The notes beneath the pieces were generated by a model, which was given only the letters and a program-made list of their open reading frames with translations, had not been told where the DNA came from and did not search any database. Shown piece after piece: positions 33,114 to 43,539 of a stretch of DNA of 45,498 nucleotides (position 1 is the stretch's first letter; each line of letters opens with the position of its first letter). Where the stretch lies: assembly GCA_039930785.1 (NCBI GenBank), contig JBDTTE010000003.1:1-45498 (forward strand). The letters are read 5' to 3'. The stretch comes from Betaproteobacteria bacterium. Its GTDB lineage: Bacteria > Pseudomonadota > Gammaproteobacteria > Burkholderiales > JACQAP01. A program made the position numbers and the translations under genes.

Positions 33114-33156
33114 CGTAGAGGCGGGGCGGGCATGCTGTGCCCGTCCCGCCTCTGTG
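33114..33156 (+). repeat. Long intercistronic hairpin between gltB and gltD
   Basis: AGAGGCGGGGCGGGCA/TGCCCGTCCCGCCTCT, extendable with G-U pairs; no U-tract. Confidence 0.7.
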
Positions 33157-33187
33157 TCTGTGCAATTCGAGAGCGAAGGGTTGGGGA

Positions 33188-34630
33188 ATGGGCAAGATCA
33201 CCGGATTCATGGAATACCAGCGCCTTTCCGAGGCGGCCGAGGACAAGGGCGAACGCGTCAAGCACTACCGCGAGTTCGTGCTGCACCTGGCCGACCAGGA
33301 AGCGTCGCAGCAGGGCGCCCGATGCATGGATTGCGGCATTCCGTTTTGCGTGACCGGCTGCCCGGTCAACAACATCATTCCCGACTGGAACGACCTGGTT
33401 TTCAAGCAGAACTGGAAGCAGGCAATCGACGTCCTGCATTCGACCAACAATTTCCCGGAGTTCACCGGCCGCGTTTGTCCCGCTCCATGCGAGGCCGCCT
33501 GTACGCTGAACATCAATAACGATGCGGTGGGCATCAAGTCGATCGAACACGCGATCATCGACAAGGCGTGGGAGCAGGGCTGGGTCACGCCACAGGTTCC
33601 GAAGCACAAGACTGGAAAGAAGGTCGCGGTCGTCGGCTCCGGTCCGGCCGGACTGGCCTGTGCGCAGCAGCTTGCGCGTGCCGGCCATGACGTTGTGCTG
33701 ATCGAGAAGAACGATCGCATTGGCGGGCTATTGCGCTACGGTATTCCCGATTTCAAGATGGAAAAGCACCTGATCGACAAGCGCATGGAACAGATGCGCA
33801 CTGAGGGCGTCGAGTTTCGTACCAGCCAGCATGTCGGCGGCACGGGTGCGCATGCGGTTTCGGCGGACAAGTTGCTCAAGGAGTTTGACGCCGTGGTGCT
33901 TTCCGGCGGGGCGGAACATCCACGCGACCTGCCCATTCCGGGCCGAGACCTCGACGGCGTGTATTTTGCGATGGAGTTCCTCCCGCAGCAGAACAAGGTA
34001 GTGGCAGGCGACAGGATCGCGGACCAGATCATGGCGACTGGAAAGCATGTTGTCGTTATCGGTGGTGGCGACACGGGATCGGATTGCGTTGGAACTTCGA
34101 ATCGCCATGGCGCCGCTTCCGTTACGCAATTCGAGTTGATGCCCCAGCCACCCGAACAAGAAAACAAGCCCCTGGTATGGCCCTACTGGCCGCTTAAGAA
34201 GCGCACCTCCTCTTCTCATGAGGAAGGTTGCGAGCGCGACTGGGCCGTTGCCACAAAGGAATTTACGGGCGAGAACGGCAAAGTGAAAACGCTGAAAGCC
34301 GTGCGAGTCGAATGGAAGGACGGAAAAATGTCCGAAGTGCCGGGCTCGGCGTGGGACATGAAAGCCGATCTCGTGCTCCTGGCGATGGGTTTCCTCGGTC
34401 CGGTCCAGGGCGGATTGCTCGAACAATTCGGTGTCGAGAAGGATGCGCGCAGCAACGTCAAGGCCGACACCGAAGGCAAGACCGCCTACTCCACGTCGGT
34501 GCCGAAGGTCTTTGCTGCCGGGGACATGCGTCGCGGGCAATCGCTCGTGGTGTGGGCAATTCGCGAAGGCCGCCAGTGCGCGCGCGCCGTCGACGAGTTC
34601 CTGATGGGTACTTCGGACTTGCCGCGTTGA
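33188..34630 (+). CDS. gltD: Glutamate synthase small subunit
   Basis: [49 protein letters not shown]. Confidence 0.97.
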   Translation: MGKITGFMEYQRLSEAAEDKGERVKHYREFVLHLADQEASQQGARCMDCGIPFCVTGCPVNNIIPDWNDLVFKQNWKQAIDVLHSTNNFPEFTGRVCPAPCEAACTLNINNDAVGIKSIEHAIIDKAWEQGWVTPQVPKHKTGKKVAVVGSGPAGLACAQQLARAGHDVVLIEKNDRIGGLLRYGIPDFKMEKHLIDKRMEQMRTEGVEFRTSQHVGGTGAHAVSADKLLKEFDAVVLSGGAEHPRDLPIPGRDLDGVYFAMEFLPQQNKVVAGDRIADQIMATGKHVVVIGGGDTGSDCVGTSNRHGAASVTQFELMPQPPEQENKPLVWPYWPLKKRTSSSHEEGCERDWAVATKEFTGENGKVKTLKAVRVEWKDGKMSEVPGSAWDMKADLVLLAMGFLGPVQGGLLEQFGVEKDARSNVKADTEGKTAYSTSVPKVFAAGDMRRGQSLVVWAIREGRQCARAVDEFLMGTSDLPR

Positions 34631-34715
34631 TGCGGCCGGTCCCGACACGGCGTGAGGCCGATCGGTCGGTTCGTCGCAGTCACGAGGTGATCAACGCAAG
34701 CCGCGCCCGACCGTG

Positions 34716-35774
34716 ATGCAGATCGAAAACGACACGCTGTTGCGCGCGCTTTTGCGCGAGCCCACCCCGTATACGCCGGTCTGGATCATGCGCCAGGCCG
34801 GTCGTTACCTCCCGGAATATAACCAGACGCGTTCCAAGGCGGGCAGCTTCCTCGACCTCTGTCGCAATCCCGGTTTCGCCACCGAAGTTACGCTGCAGCC
34901 GCTTGCGCGCTATCCGCTCGACGCGGCCATCCTGTTTTCCGACATCCTCACCGTGCCCGATGCCATGGGGCTTGGTCTTTATTTCGCCGAAGGAGAGGGA
35001 CCGCGCTTCGAGCGACCGTTGCGCGACGAGCGTGCTATCCGCGAGCTTGCCGCGCCGGACATAGGCACGCAGCTTCGATATGTGCTGGACGGAGTGACCC
35101 AGATCAAGAAGGCGCTCAACGGCAAGGTACCCCTGATCGGTTTCTCAGGCAGTCCGTTCACGCTGGCGTGCTACATGATCGAGGGGCGGGGCGGCGGCGA
35201 TTTCCATGAAGCCAAGAAAATGCTCTATGGTCGCCCGGATCTGCTGCATCAGATCCTGCAGGTCAATGCGGTCGCGGTGACAGACTATCTGAACGCCCAA
35301 ATCGACGCCGGCGTCGACGCGGTGATGATTTTTGACACCTGGGGCGGCATGTTGTCGGGACAGGCGTTCCATGAGTTTTCCTTGCGCTACATGGAACGCA
35401 TTTGCGCGCAACTCAGGCGCGAACGCGAAGGGCGCAAAATCCCGCGGGTCGTCTTCACCAAAGGCGGGGGATTGTGGCTCGAAAGCCTTGCGCAGTGCGG
35501 GGCGGACGCTCTTGGGCTGGACTGGACCATCGATATCGGCCAGGCGCGGGCCCGGGTCGGCGACCGGGTGGCTCTGCAGGGGAACATGGACCCTGCGGTG
35601 CTGCTGGCCACGCCCGAAGCCATACGGCGAGAGGCCATTAAAGTGCTGGCGGCTTACGGCCATGGCGACGGCCATGTATTCAACCTCGGACATGGGATTT
35701 CACAGTTCACCCCCCCTGAATCCATGACGGCCCTGATCGAAACCGTACACTCGGAAAGCCGTCAATTTCACTGA
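34716..35774 (+). CDS. hemE: Uroporphyrinogen decarboxylase
   Basis: [27 protein letters not shown]. Alternative start GTG 34713. Confidence 0.97.
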   Translation: MQIENDTLLRALLREPTPYTPVWIMRQAGRYLPEYNQTRSKAGSFLDLCRNPGFATEVTLQPLARYPLDAAILFSDILTVPDAMGLGLYFAEGEGPRFERPLRDERAIRELAAPDIGTQLRYVLDGVTQIKKALNGKVPLIGFSGSPFTLACYMIEGRGGGDFHEAKKMLYGRPDLLHQILQVNAVAVTDYLNAQIDAGVDAVMIFDTWGGMLSGQAFHEFSLRYMERICAQLRREREGRKIPRVVFTKGGGLWLESLAQCGADALGLDWTIDIGQARARVGDRVALQGNMDPAVLLATPEAIRREAIKVLAAYGHGDGHVFNLGHGISQFTPPESMTALIETVHSESRQFH

Positions 35775-35810
35775 CGAACGGGGCGCCGAAGTACGGGCCA
35801 GCCACGGTTC

Positions 35811-36000
35811 TTATGCACAATTCCCGCTCCGCGTTGCAGCTTCGAGAAGGGCAAATGCATGCTTTTTTGTGAAACCCGCCCAACTAATTGAAAGCAATAA
35901 AATTAATTTGCCTTGACACGCGCAATCCCGCGCCCCTTCTGGGTTTCAGCCCGATTTCCCAGAGCGCGATCGCAAGGTTTCATCAACAGATTTATCCACA
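35811..36000. promoter_or_regulatory. DnaA-box cluster with IHF-like site
   Basis: TTATGCACA 35811-35819, TCATCAACA 35980-35988, TTATCCACA 35992-36000; minus-strand TTTCAATTAGTTG 35881-35893. Confidence 0.55.
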
Positions 36001-36096
36001 ACCGCGGCTGACGTCAAAAAAGGCCTTTTCGCAAAGCCATTTAGCTTTCCCCCGCCCATTTTCTAACTTCGTTCGCGCGCAACTCGCCGAGGATTC

Positions 36097-38286
36097 ATGG
36101 CCGTCGCAAAAGTCGCCCTCGATTGCCCTGTAGATTCGCTGTTCGACTACCGGGCAGTCGCGCGACCGCCGCAGATCGGTGAATTTGTCGTCGTGCCGTT
36201 CGGCAAGCGCCGCGATGTGGGCCTGGTGCTCGATGTCGCGGAACATTCAGATATTCCGCAGGCGCGATTGCGAAGCATCGAGAGCGTTTTACCGATCGAA
36301 GCATTGCCTGAAACCGCATTGTCGCTGATTCGGTTTGCGAGCGATTACTATCAACATCCTATCGGCCAGACGGCATTTGTCGGATTGCCTGCGGCCTTGA
36401 GGCGAGTGCGCTACGCGGGACCTAAGCCGCAATGGCGCTATGTGCTGACCCAAGCAGGGATAGGGCTGGAATCCGATACGTTTCCGCCAAAGGCGCTATT
36501 GAAGCGCAAGCTCATTGAAATATTTCGTCTAAGAGGTTTTCTCGACCGCACCGCTCTTACCGCCGTCTCGCCACGAGCCCTCGCGCTAGCCCAGGCCTGG
36601 GTCGACGAGGGCTGGATTGCGAAGGTGCCGCAACCGGTGTCGCCCGATCTCGCTTCGATCGAAGCGCCTAACGGTCCGCAACCAGAATTGACTGACGAAC
36701 AGCACGCCGCCGTCGAAAGCGTAGCCGCCGCTTTCGGGAAGTACTCGCCGTGGCTGCTCGAAGGCGTTACCGGAAGCGGCAAGACCGAAGTCTACTTCCG
36801 GCTCATCGAACGGATCGCGGCGCAAGGGCTGCAAACCCTGCTGATGGTCCCGGAAATCAACCTCACGCCACAGCTCGAACATCGATTCCGTGAGCGTTTC
36901 CCCGCGCTTCAATTGATCAGCCTGCATAGCAACCTCGCGGAGGGCGAGCGCAGCGCGAACTGGCTGGCAGCGCGTGCAGGGAATTGCCACGTCGTGATCG
37001 GGACCCGACTGTCGATCTTCACGTCGATGCCGAAGCTCGGGCTCATCATCGTGGACGAAGAACAGGACGCGTCATTCAAACAACAGGACGGCTTGCGTTA
37101 TTCGGCGCGCGATCTCGCCATTTTCCAGGCGCATTCGCGCAACGTGCCCGTGGTCCTCGGTTCCGCGACGCCGTCTCTAGAGACCTACCACAATGCACGC
37201 ACGGGCCGCTTCGGCTACTTGCGGTTGAGCCGACGGCCGCTGGCAACCCAGGCATCAATCAGGCTGCTGGACATGCGTGGACAGGCGACGGCCCAATCGC
37301 AAGTCATTTGCGAAGAAGCCATGCAGGCGCTGGTCGCGCGCGTCGCCCGACGCGAGCAGAGCCTGGTGTTTCTGAATCGTCGCGGTTTTGCCCCGATCCT
37401 GGTCTGCGGCGCTTGCGGATGGAACGCGGAATGCACGCGTTGTAGCGCCAGGCTGGTCTGGCACTCGCGCGACACGCTTCTGCGCTGCCATTACTGTGGG
37501 CATGAAGAACGCTTGCCGCGCAACTGTCCGTCGTGCGGGAATCAGGATCTCAAGGGCCTCGGCCACGGAACGCAGCGCGTCGAGGAATGGCTGACCGAGC
37601 GCATGCCCCAGGCGCGAGTCCTGCGCATCGATCGCGACAGTACGCGACGCAAGCACGCCTGGCGGACCATGCAGGATGAGATTCGCGCCGAGCGCGTGGA
37701 TGTCCTGGTCGGTACCCAGATGCTCGCAAAGGGGCACGATTTTCCAAAGCTCACGCTGGTCGTGATCGTGAGTCCCGACAATGCCTTGTTCTCGGCGGAT
37801 TTCCGGGCGGCGGAAAAACTGTTTCAGCAGCTCATGCAGGTCGCAGGTCGAGCCGGCCGCGCCGACCTGCCCGGCGAAGTGCTGGTCCAGACCGAGTTTC
37901 CGGACCATCCGCTCTACCAGGCGCTGGTTCGACAGGACTATCGCAGCTTCGCGGACGAACTGCTCGACGAACGCAAGCGCGCTGGATTTCCGCCGTACGT
38001 GTATCAGGCGATCCTGCGTGCGGAATCGCAAAGCGAAGCGACCATGATGGAATTTCTTGAACATGCCGTGACGCTGGCCGGATCGGATAGCGCGGCCATC
38101 ACGCTTTACGATCCGGTGCCTGCGACGATAGCCCGAGTGGCGGGACATCATCGCGGGCAGTTGCTCGTGCAGTCTGCATCGAGAGCGGAATTGCAGGGAT
38201 TTCTGTCGCGCTGGCGCGCCAGGCTCGTCGAGAAGAAGGCCACGCGCGTGCGCTGGTCCCTCGACGTCGATCCGCTGGAGATCTGA
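36097..38286 (+). CDS. priA: Primosomal protein N' helicase
   Basis: GVTGSGKT, DEEQD, SATP, four CxxC pairs, QVAGRAGR, C-terminal DVDP. Confidence 0.97.
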   Translation: MAVAKVALDCPVDSLFDYRAVARPPQIGEFVVVPFGKRRDVGLVLDVAEHSDIPQARLRSIESVLPIEALPETALSLIRFASDYYQHPIGQTAFVGLPAALRRVRYAGPKPQWRYVLTQAGIGLESDTFPPKALLKRKLIEIFRLRGFLDRTALTAVSPRALALAQAWVDEGWIAKVPQPVSPDLASIEAPNGPQPELTDEQHAAVESVAAAFGKYSPWLLEGVTGSGKTEVYFRLIERIAAQGLQTLLMVPEINLTPQLEHRFRERFPALQLISLHSNLAEGERSANWLAARAGNCHVVIGTRLSIFTSMPKLGLIIVDEEQDASFKQQDGLRYSARDLAIFQAHSRNVPVVLGSATPSLETYHNARTGRFGYLRLSRRPLATQASIRLLDMRGQATAQSQVICEEAMQALVARVARREQSLVFLNRRGFAPILVCGACGWNAECTRCSARLVWHSRDTLLRCHYCGHEERLPRNCPSCGNQDLKGLGHGTQRVEEWLTERMPQARVLRIDRDSTRRKHAWRTMQDEIRAERVDVLVGTQMLAKGHDFPKLTLVVIVSPDNALFSADFRAAEKLFQQLMQVAGRAGRADLPGEVLVQTEFPDHPLYQALVRQDYRSFADELLDERKRAGFPPYVYQAILRAESQSEATMMEFLEHAVTLAGSDSAAITLYDPVPATIARVAGHHRGQLLVQSASRAELQGFLSRWRARLVEKKATRVRWSLDVDPLEI

Positions 38287-38308
38287 CGGCCGCGGGTGAT
38301 CGAGCCGG

Positions 38309-38320
38309 TATAATCGCGCC
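38309..38320 (+). promoter_or_regulatory. sigma70 -10 element for the argS operon
   Basis: TATAAT followed by GC-rich CGCGCC. Confidence 0.5.
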
Positions 38321-38351
38321 TTTGCCGGCATTCGCATTCCCTTCCCGCCTG

Positions 38352-40106
38352 ATGAGCCACGCTGTTCCCGACCTTCGCACTCACCTGACCGATTTATTGC
38401 GCACGGCGCAGCGCAGCGTTGCGCCCGACTCGGTGTCCCTGCCCGTGGTGCTGGAGCGACCGAAATCCCTTCAGCATGGCGACTACGCCAGCAATCTCGC
38501 GATGCAGCTGGCCAAGTCGATGAAGCGCAATCCGCGCGAAATTGCGCAAGCCCTCCTCAAGGCCATGCCGCCTTCACCGCTGGTGGAGAAATCCGAAATA
38601 GCGGGTGCGGGCTTCATCAATCTGTACCTGAAGCCGGCGGCGAAACAGCAGGTGGTGGCGCAGGTGCTCGCGAGCGGCGAAGGCTACGGCCGCGTCGGTC
38701 TCGGCGGCGGCGCAAAAGTGCAGGTGGAGTTTGTTTCGGCCAACCCCACGGGGCCTTTGCATGTTGGCCATGGACGCGGCGCAGCCTACGGCGCGAGCCT
38801 TGCGAATCTTCTGGAGGTGGCCGGTTATTCGGTGGCGCGTGAGTACTACGTGAACGATGCCGGGCGCCAGATGGATATCCTCTGCGTTTCCGTGTGGGTA
38901 CGCTACCTGGAGCTTTGCGGTGAGTCGCTGCCTTTTCCGGCTAACGGCTACCAGGGAGACTACGTACGCGTGCGCGCGGCCGAACTCAAATCGGCCCACG
39001 GCGAGCGCTTGAAACGCGAGGCCTCTGCGGTTCTGGACGGCCTGCCGGAAGCACCGGAGGGCGACGATGACGCGGTAGAAGTCCGCATGGACGCGTTGAT
39101 CGAGCGCGCAAAGTCCATGCTCGGCACCGGCTTCGAACTTCTCACCGACTTCGTGCTGGATCGCCAACTCGCCGAAATCCGCGATGTGCTCAACCGTTTC
39201 GGCGTGACGTTCGACGCGTGGTTTTCGGAGCGCTCGCTCTACGAATCGGGGCGCGTGGCGCAGGCGCTCGATACGCTCGAGGCCGCCGGCCACCTCTATA
39301 TGAAAGACGGCGCGCGCTGGTTTCGATCCATGACTTTCGGAGACGACAAGGATCGGGTGGTCCAGCGTGAGAACGGCCTGTACACCTACTTCGCTTCGGA
39401 CATCGCGTATCACCACGACAAGCTCAAACGCGGTTACGACATCCTGATCGACGTCTGGGGGGCGGATCATCACGGCTATATTCCGCGCGTTCGCGCCGGC
39501 ATAGCTGCGCTCGGACACGATCCCGCGAAGCTGCAGGTACCCTTGATCCAGCTCGTTGCTTTGTTCCGCAACGGCGAAGCGGTACGCATGGGAAAACGCA
39601 GTGGAAGTTACGTCACGCTGGAGGAATTGCTCGAAGAAGCCGGCGTCGACGCCACGCGCTATTTTTATCTCGCGCGCAAAAGCGACCAGCATCTGGACTT
39701 CGATCTCGACCTGGCTAAATCGCAGAGCAACGACAATCCGGTCTATTACATCCAGTATGCGCATGCGCGCGTCTGCTCCGTACTGGAGCAATGGGGTGGC
39801 GACCCGGCGCAACTGGTCAACGCAGACCTGACCCGGCTCGTTGAAGACCAGGAGTTGCAGCAATTGCAGAAGCTGCTCGACTACCCGGAACAGATCGAAA
39901 CGGCCGCACGCGACCTCGCCCCGCACCAGATCGCGTTTTATCTGCGTGAGCTGGCGGCGCTGTTTCACAGCTGGTACAACTCGACGCGGTTCCTGGTGGA
40001 CGACAAGGACCTGCAATCAGCCAGGCTTGCGCTGGCGGCGGCGGTGCGGCAGGTGTTGCGCAACGGCCTGGCCATCCTCGGCGTGGGCGCACCGGAAAAA
40101 ATGTGA
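38352..40106 (+). CDS. argS: Arginine--tRNA ligase
   Basis: HGDYASN, AGAGFIN, SANPTGPLHVGH, WGADHHGY, YIQYAHAR, C-terminal PEKM. Confidence 0.97.
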   Translation: MSHAVPDLRTHLTDLLRTAQRSVAPDSVSLPVVLERPKSLQHGDYASNLAMQLAKSMKRNPREIAQALLKAMPPSPLVEKSEIAGAGFINLYLKPAAKQQVVAQVLASGEGYGRVGLGGGAKVQVEFVSANPTGPLHVGHGRGAAYGASLANLLEVAGYSVAREYYVNDAGRQMDILCVSVWVRYLELCGESLPFPANGYQGDYVRVRAAELKSAHGERLKREASAVLDGLPEAPEGDDDAVEVRMDALIERAKSMLGTGFELLTDFVLDRQLAEIRDVLNRFGVTFDAWFSERSLYESGRVAQALDTLEAAGHLYMKDGARWFRSMTFGDDKDRVVQRENGLYTYFASDIAYHHDKLKRGYDILIDVWGADHHGYIPRVRAGIAALGHDPAKLQVPLIQLVALFRNGEAVRMGKRSGSYVTLEELLEEAGVDATRYFYLARKSDQHLDFDLDLAKSQSNDNPVYYIQYAHARVCSVLEQWGGDPAQLVNADLTRLVEDQELQQLQKLLDYPEQIETAARDLAPHQIAFYLRELAALFHSWYNSTRFLVDDKDLQSARLALAAAVRQVLRNGLAILGVGAPEKM

Positions 40107-40120
40107 GTAAACTTCCCGTC

Positions 40121-40741
40121 ATGAGTCGCGACTACAAGAACGTCCGGGCTGCCTCCACGGCGGCTGCCGCGCGTGGCGGTACGCCGGTATGGATGGGTAT
40201 TCTCGTGGGCGTGCTGGTGGGCCTTTGCATTGCACTCGGCGTTGCGCTGTACATCAACAAGGGCTCGAACCCCTTCATGCAACGCAAGATAGCGGAGAGA
40301 TCCGCCGAGAAGGCCGCCGAGCCGGGTGCGAAAACGCAAAAGGAACCGGCGTCGGGAGAAAAAGCACCGGACGCCGCTGCAGGGAACAAGCGCACCAAAA
40401 CCGCGGACGGCAAACCGCGATTCGACTTCTACAAAATCCTTCCCGGAACCGAGGAAGCCGTAACCGACAAGGAATTCAAGCGCGCTTCACCCGCGGCGCC
40501 GAAGGAAGTCTATTTCCTGCAGGTCGCAGCCTTCCAGAATCCTTCCGACGCGGACAATCTCAAGGCCAAACTGGCGCTTTCGGGGATCGAATCGCAGATC
40601 CAGACAGCGACCCTGCCCGACGGGCAGGTCTGGCATCGGGTGCGGGTCGGTCCATTTTCGAATCAGGATGAACTCGCGAAGTCCCGTTCCGCTCTAAAAG
40701 AAAATCGCCTCGAAGCGAACCTGATCAAGGTCCGCGAATAG
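40121..40741 (+). CDS. SPOR-domain cell division protein (FtsN-like)
   Basis: MSRDY, TM segment, FDFYKILP, LQVAAF, WHRVRVGPF; argS-SPOR-dsbA synteny. Confidence 0.88.
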   Translation: MSRDYKNVRAASTAAAARGGTPVWMGILVGVLVGLCIALGVALYINKGSNPFMQRKIAERSAEKAAEPGAKTQKEPASGEKAPDAAAGNKRTKTADGKPRFDFYKILPGTEEAVTDKEFKRASPAAPKEVYFLQVAAFQNPSDADNLKAKLALSGIESQIQTATLPDGQVWHRVRVGPFSNQDELAKSRSALKENRLEANLIKVRE

Positions 40742-40773
40742 TCGCGGTATTCGTCAACGTCACGGAAATTTCC

Positions 40774-41436
40774 ATGAAACGATCGCATTCCCTGTTACTC
40801 GCGTCGCTCACCGTCTTGCTGGGTTTCTTTGTCCTCTCGCCCGCGATGGCGAAGCCCATCCTTGGCAAGGAATACAAGCTCGTCGAGCCGGCACAACCCC
40901 AGGCGCCCACAGTAAAGGGTGTCGAAGTGCTGGAGTTCTTCAACTACGCGTGCTCGCATTGCTACGACTACCAGCCCCATCTCGCGACCTGGCTCAAGAC
41001 CAAGCCGAAGAATGCGGACTTCCGTTTTGTGCATGTGGTCTTCAACGAGAGCATGATCCCGCTCGCGAAGATCCACTACACGCTGGAAGAAATGAAATTG
41101 CTCGACAAGTTGCACGACAAGGTTTACGACGCGATCCATCAGCAGCATCTGGACCTGACGGATCGGGCGGTCATGCTCAAATGGGTAGGCGAGCAGGGGG
41201 TCGATGTCAAGAAATTCGAAGCGGCATTCGATTCCTTCAGCGTGAACAATAAAGTGCAGCGGGCAGCCAAGATGACGCGTGACTATCGCATTCCCGGTAC
41301 GCCGTACGTGGTCGTCGGTGGGCGCTACATGACCGGCCCGTCGATGGCGGTGGGTTCGAACAATGCCGTGGATCACAACCGGCTCGGCCAGATCATCAAC
41401 GAACTGATCGAGATGAGCCAGAGCGGCGCGAAATGA
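40774..41436 (+). CDS. dsbA: Thiol:disulfide oxidoreductase DsbA family
   Basis: Signal peptide, VEVLEFFNYACSHC, cis-Pro loop GTP. Confidence 0.88.
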   Translation: MKRSHSLLLASLTVLLGFFVLSPAMAKPILGKEYKLVEPAQPQAPTVKGVEVLEFFNYACSHCYDYQPHLATWLKTKPKNADFRFVHVVFNESMIPLAKIHYTLEEMKLLDKLHDKVYDAIHQQHLDLTDRAVMLKWVGEQGVDVKKFEAAFDSFSVNNKVQRAAKMTRDYRIPGTPYVVVGGRYMTGPSMAVGSNNAVDHNRLGQIINELIEMSQSGAK

Positions 41437-41476
41437 GGCCGGGCGGCTCTCGCTAGCCCCCGCTGACTGCGGAAAA

Positions 41477-42112
41477 GTGAAGGCATACGCTTTTTCGCTG
41501 GCCATTCTCTGCGCCGTTCTCACAGCGGCGCCATTCGCCGAAGCCACGGAGCCGATGGAAGATGTCGACTACGTTCGCATCGATCCGCAACCGGCTCCGC
41601 TCGACAAGGTCGAGGTCATCGAATTTTTCTTCTACGGTTGTGAATCCTGCAATCGCCTCGAGCCCGCGCTCCAGTCCTGGCTCAAAACCATTCCTGCAGA
41701 CGTTTCGTTTCGACGCATTCCGGCAATCCGCCGCAGCGCCTGGGTTCCGTTGACCCGGCTGTATTTCTCGCTGGAACGGCTTGGGGAAATCGAAAGATTG
41801 CATTCGCAGGTCTACCGGGTCGTGCAGGAAGAGGGCGTCAATTTTGTCAGTTTGTCCAGTCGCGACCAGTGGGCCGACAAGGTCGGCATCGATCGCGACA
41901 AGCTGGCCCGGCTGCTGGATTCCGACGAGGTCAATTCCCAGGTCCAGCGCGCGCACGACCTGACTGTCGCGTACGGCGTTCGTGCGACGCCGACCTTGGT
42001 CGTGGACGGAAGATATCTGACCAGCGGTGGCGTGGTCGGCAGCGTCGACGGCCTTCTGGCGGTCGTCGACGGCCTGATCGAAAAGGCCCGTGCGACGCGA
42101 GCAAGCAAATGA
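41477..42112 (+). CDS. Second DsbA-family protein
   Basis: Signal peptide, VEVIEFFFYGCESC, ATPTLVVDGRY. Confidence 0.85.
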   Translation: MKAYAFSLAILCAVLTAAPFAEATEPMEDVDYVRIDPQPAPLDKVEVIEFFFYGCESCNRLEPALQSWLKTIPADVSFRRIPAIRRSAWVPLTRLYFSLERLGEIERLHSQVYRVVQEEGVNFVSLSSRDQWADKVGIDRDKLARLLDSDEVNSQVQRAHDLTVAYGVRATPTLVVDGRYLTSGGVVGSVDGLLAVVDGLIEKARATRASK

Positions 42113-42882
42113 GCGCGAACCTGAAAGTCATCATCACCGGCGCCTCGACCGGCATCGGCAGGGCGTTTGCCCAGGAGTATGCCGCGCGCGGCGCCACACT
42201 CGGGCTGATGGCGCGTCGCGAGGAATTGCTTGTGCAACTGGCATCGTCGCTGCCGGTGCGTTCGTACACCTATGCCGTGGACGTCAGGAATGCGCAGGCG
42301 CTTGAAAGCGCCGCGCAGGATTTCGTCGCGCACGCCGGCTGGCCAGACATTGTCATCGCCAATGCCGGCGTCAGCGCAGGTACCCTGACGGGCGAGCCCA
42401 CGGACAATGAAGTATTCGAGGAAGTCATGGCGACAAACCTGATCGGCATGATGCTGACGTTCCAGCCCTTCGTCGAAGCGATGCGGCGCGAACGCAGGGG
42501 AATTCTGGTCGGTATCGCCAGCGTATCGGGTTTTCGCGGTTTGCCGGGTGCGTCGGCCTACTGCGCATCCAAGGCGGCGGCGATTTCCTATCTGGAAAGC
42601 CTCCGCGTCGAACTGCATGGCAGCGGCGTATCCGTGGTCACCATATGTCCTGGTTATATCGCCACGCCGCTGACGGCAAAAAACCCCTATCGCATGCCGT
42701 TCCTGATGGATGCAAAAGTCGCCGCGCGCAAGATGGCAAACGCGATCGACAGGCGCAAGCGCTTTTACGTGCTGCCCTGGCAGATGGCGGCGGTGGGCTG
42801 GGTGCTCCGCCGCTTGCCGCGGTGGCTGTACGACGTGTTGTTCGCGCGTGCCCCGCGCAAGCCTCGTCGCGCGGCTGGCTGA
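42109..42882 (+). CDS. Short-chain dehydrogenase/reductase
   Basis: TGASTGIG, ANAG, YCASK; ATG 42109 overlaps the stop of the second dsbA. Confidence 0.92.
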   Translation: MSANLKVIITGASTGIGRAFAQEYAARGATLGLMARREELLVQLASSLPVRSYTYAVDVRNAQALESAAQDFVAHAGWPDIVIANAGVSAGTLTGEPTDNEVFEEVMATNLIGMMLTFQPFVEAMRRERRGILVGIASVSGFRGLPGASAYCASKAAAISYLESLRVELHGSGVSVVTICPGYIATPLTAKNPYRMPFLMDAKVAARKMANAIDRRKRFYVLPWQMAAVGWVLRRLPRWLYDVLFARAPRKPRRAAG

Positions 42883-42883
42883 T

Positions 42884-43537
42884 TCAGCCCAGTTTCAAGT
42901 CCAGCACGGCCTCTAGTTCGGCGATCGCCTTTGCGTGATCTTCGACCTTGATGGTGTGCATGCCCATCTTTCGCGCCGGCTTGAGGTTGGTGCCGAGGTC
43001 GTCGAGATAGACTGCCTGGTCCGGCGTGATGCCAAGCTCTGCGCACGTCAGTTCAAAAAAACGCGGTTCGGGTTTGCGTACTCCAATCCTGGAGGATTCG
43101 ATAACGAGATCGAACAGCGCCGAGATGTTCTTCCACTCTTCGGCGCGACTTGAATCGCGATCGATACCGCGGCCGGCGCCCGCGCTGACATTGTTGGTGA
43201 CGCACGCGTTGGTGAAGTGGCCCTTGCAGGCTTTCAGCGCGGTGACCATTTCAGGCCGGATGCGACCGTAGAGCAAATCGATCACGTCGAGTCCGCGCAC
43301 CTCGTGGCCCGCGGCCCGGGATTCATCGGCGAAAGCCTGGTCGAACTGGCGTGGCGACAATTCCGAGCGTTCGAACCGCGCCCAGGCGTTGTGATCATGG
43401 TTGCGCGCGTTGATGTCGCGCAGAAAATTAACCGGCAGGCCGTGATCCGTCTCGAACCGGCGAAACGCGATGAACGGACTCTCGGTCATGACACCGCCAA
43501 AATCCCAAAGTACGGCGCGGATGGCCGGATTGGGCAT
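42884..43537 (-). CDS. HAD-superfamily hydrolase (epoxide-hydrolase N-terminal-like)
   Basis: LWDFGGV, VTNN, RKPEP, YLDDLGTN. Confidence 0.85.
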   Translation of the reverse strand: MPNPAIRAVLWDFGGVMTESPFIAFRRFETDHGLPVNFLRDINARNHDHNAWARFERSELSPRQFDQAFADESRAAGHEVRGLDVIDLLYGRIRPEMVTALKACKGHFTNACVTNNVSAGAGRGIDRDSSRAEEWKNISALFDLVIESSRIGVRKPEPRFFELTCAELGITPDQAVYLDDLGTNLKPARKMGMHTIKVEDHAKAIAELEAVLDLKLG

Positions 43538-43539
43538 CG

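Noticed and set aside
31265-33688. 807-aa minus-strand ORF
   Set aside because: Antisense shadow of gltB/gltD with no independent start signals or motifs.
34631-34690. Imperfect hairpin between gltD and hemE
   Set aside because: Many bulges and no U-tract; not above the background expected at this GC content.
35888-36133. 81-aa ORF in the hemE-priA spacer
   Set aside because: TTG start, no SD, no motif, overlaps priA out of frame; the region is better explained as DNA-binding sites.
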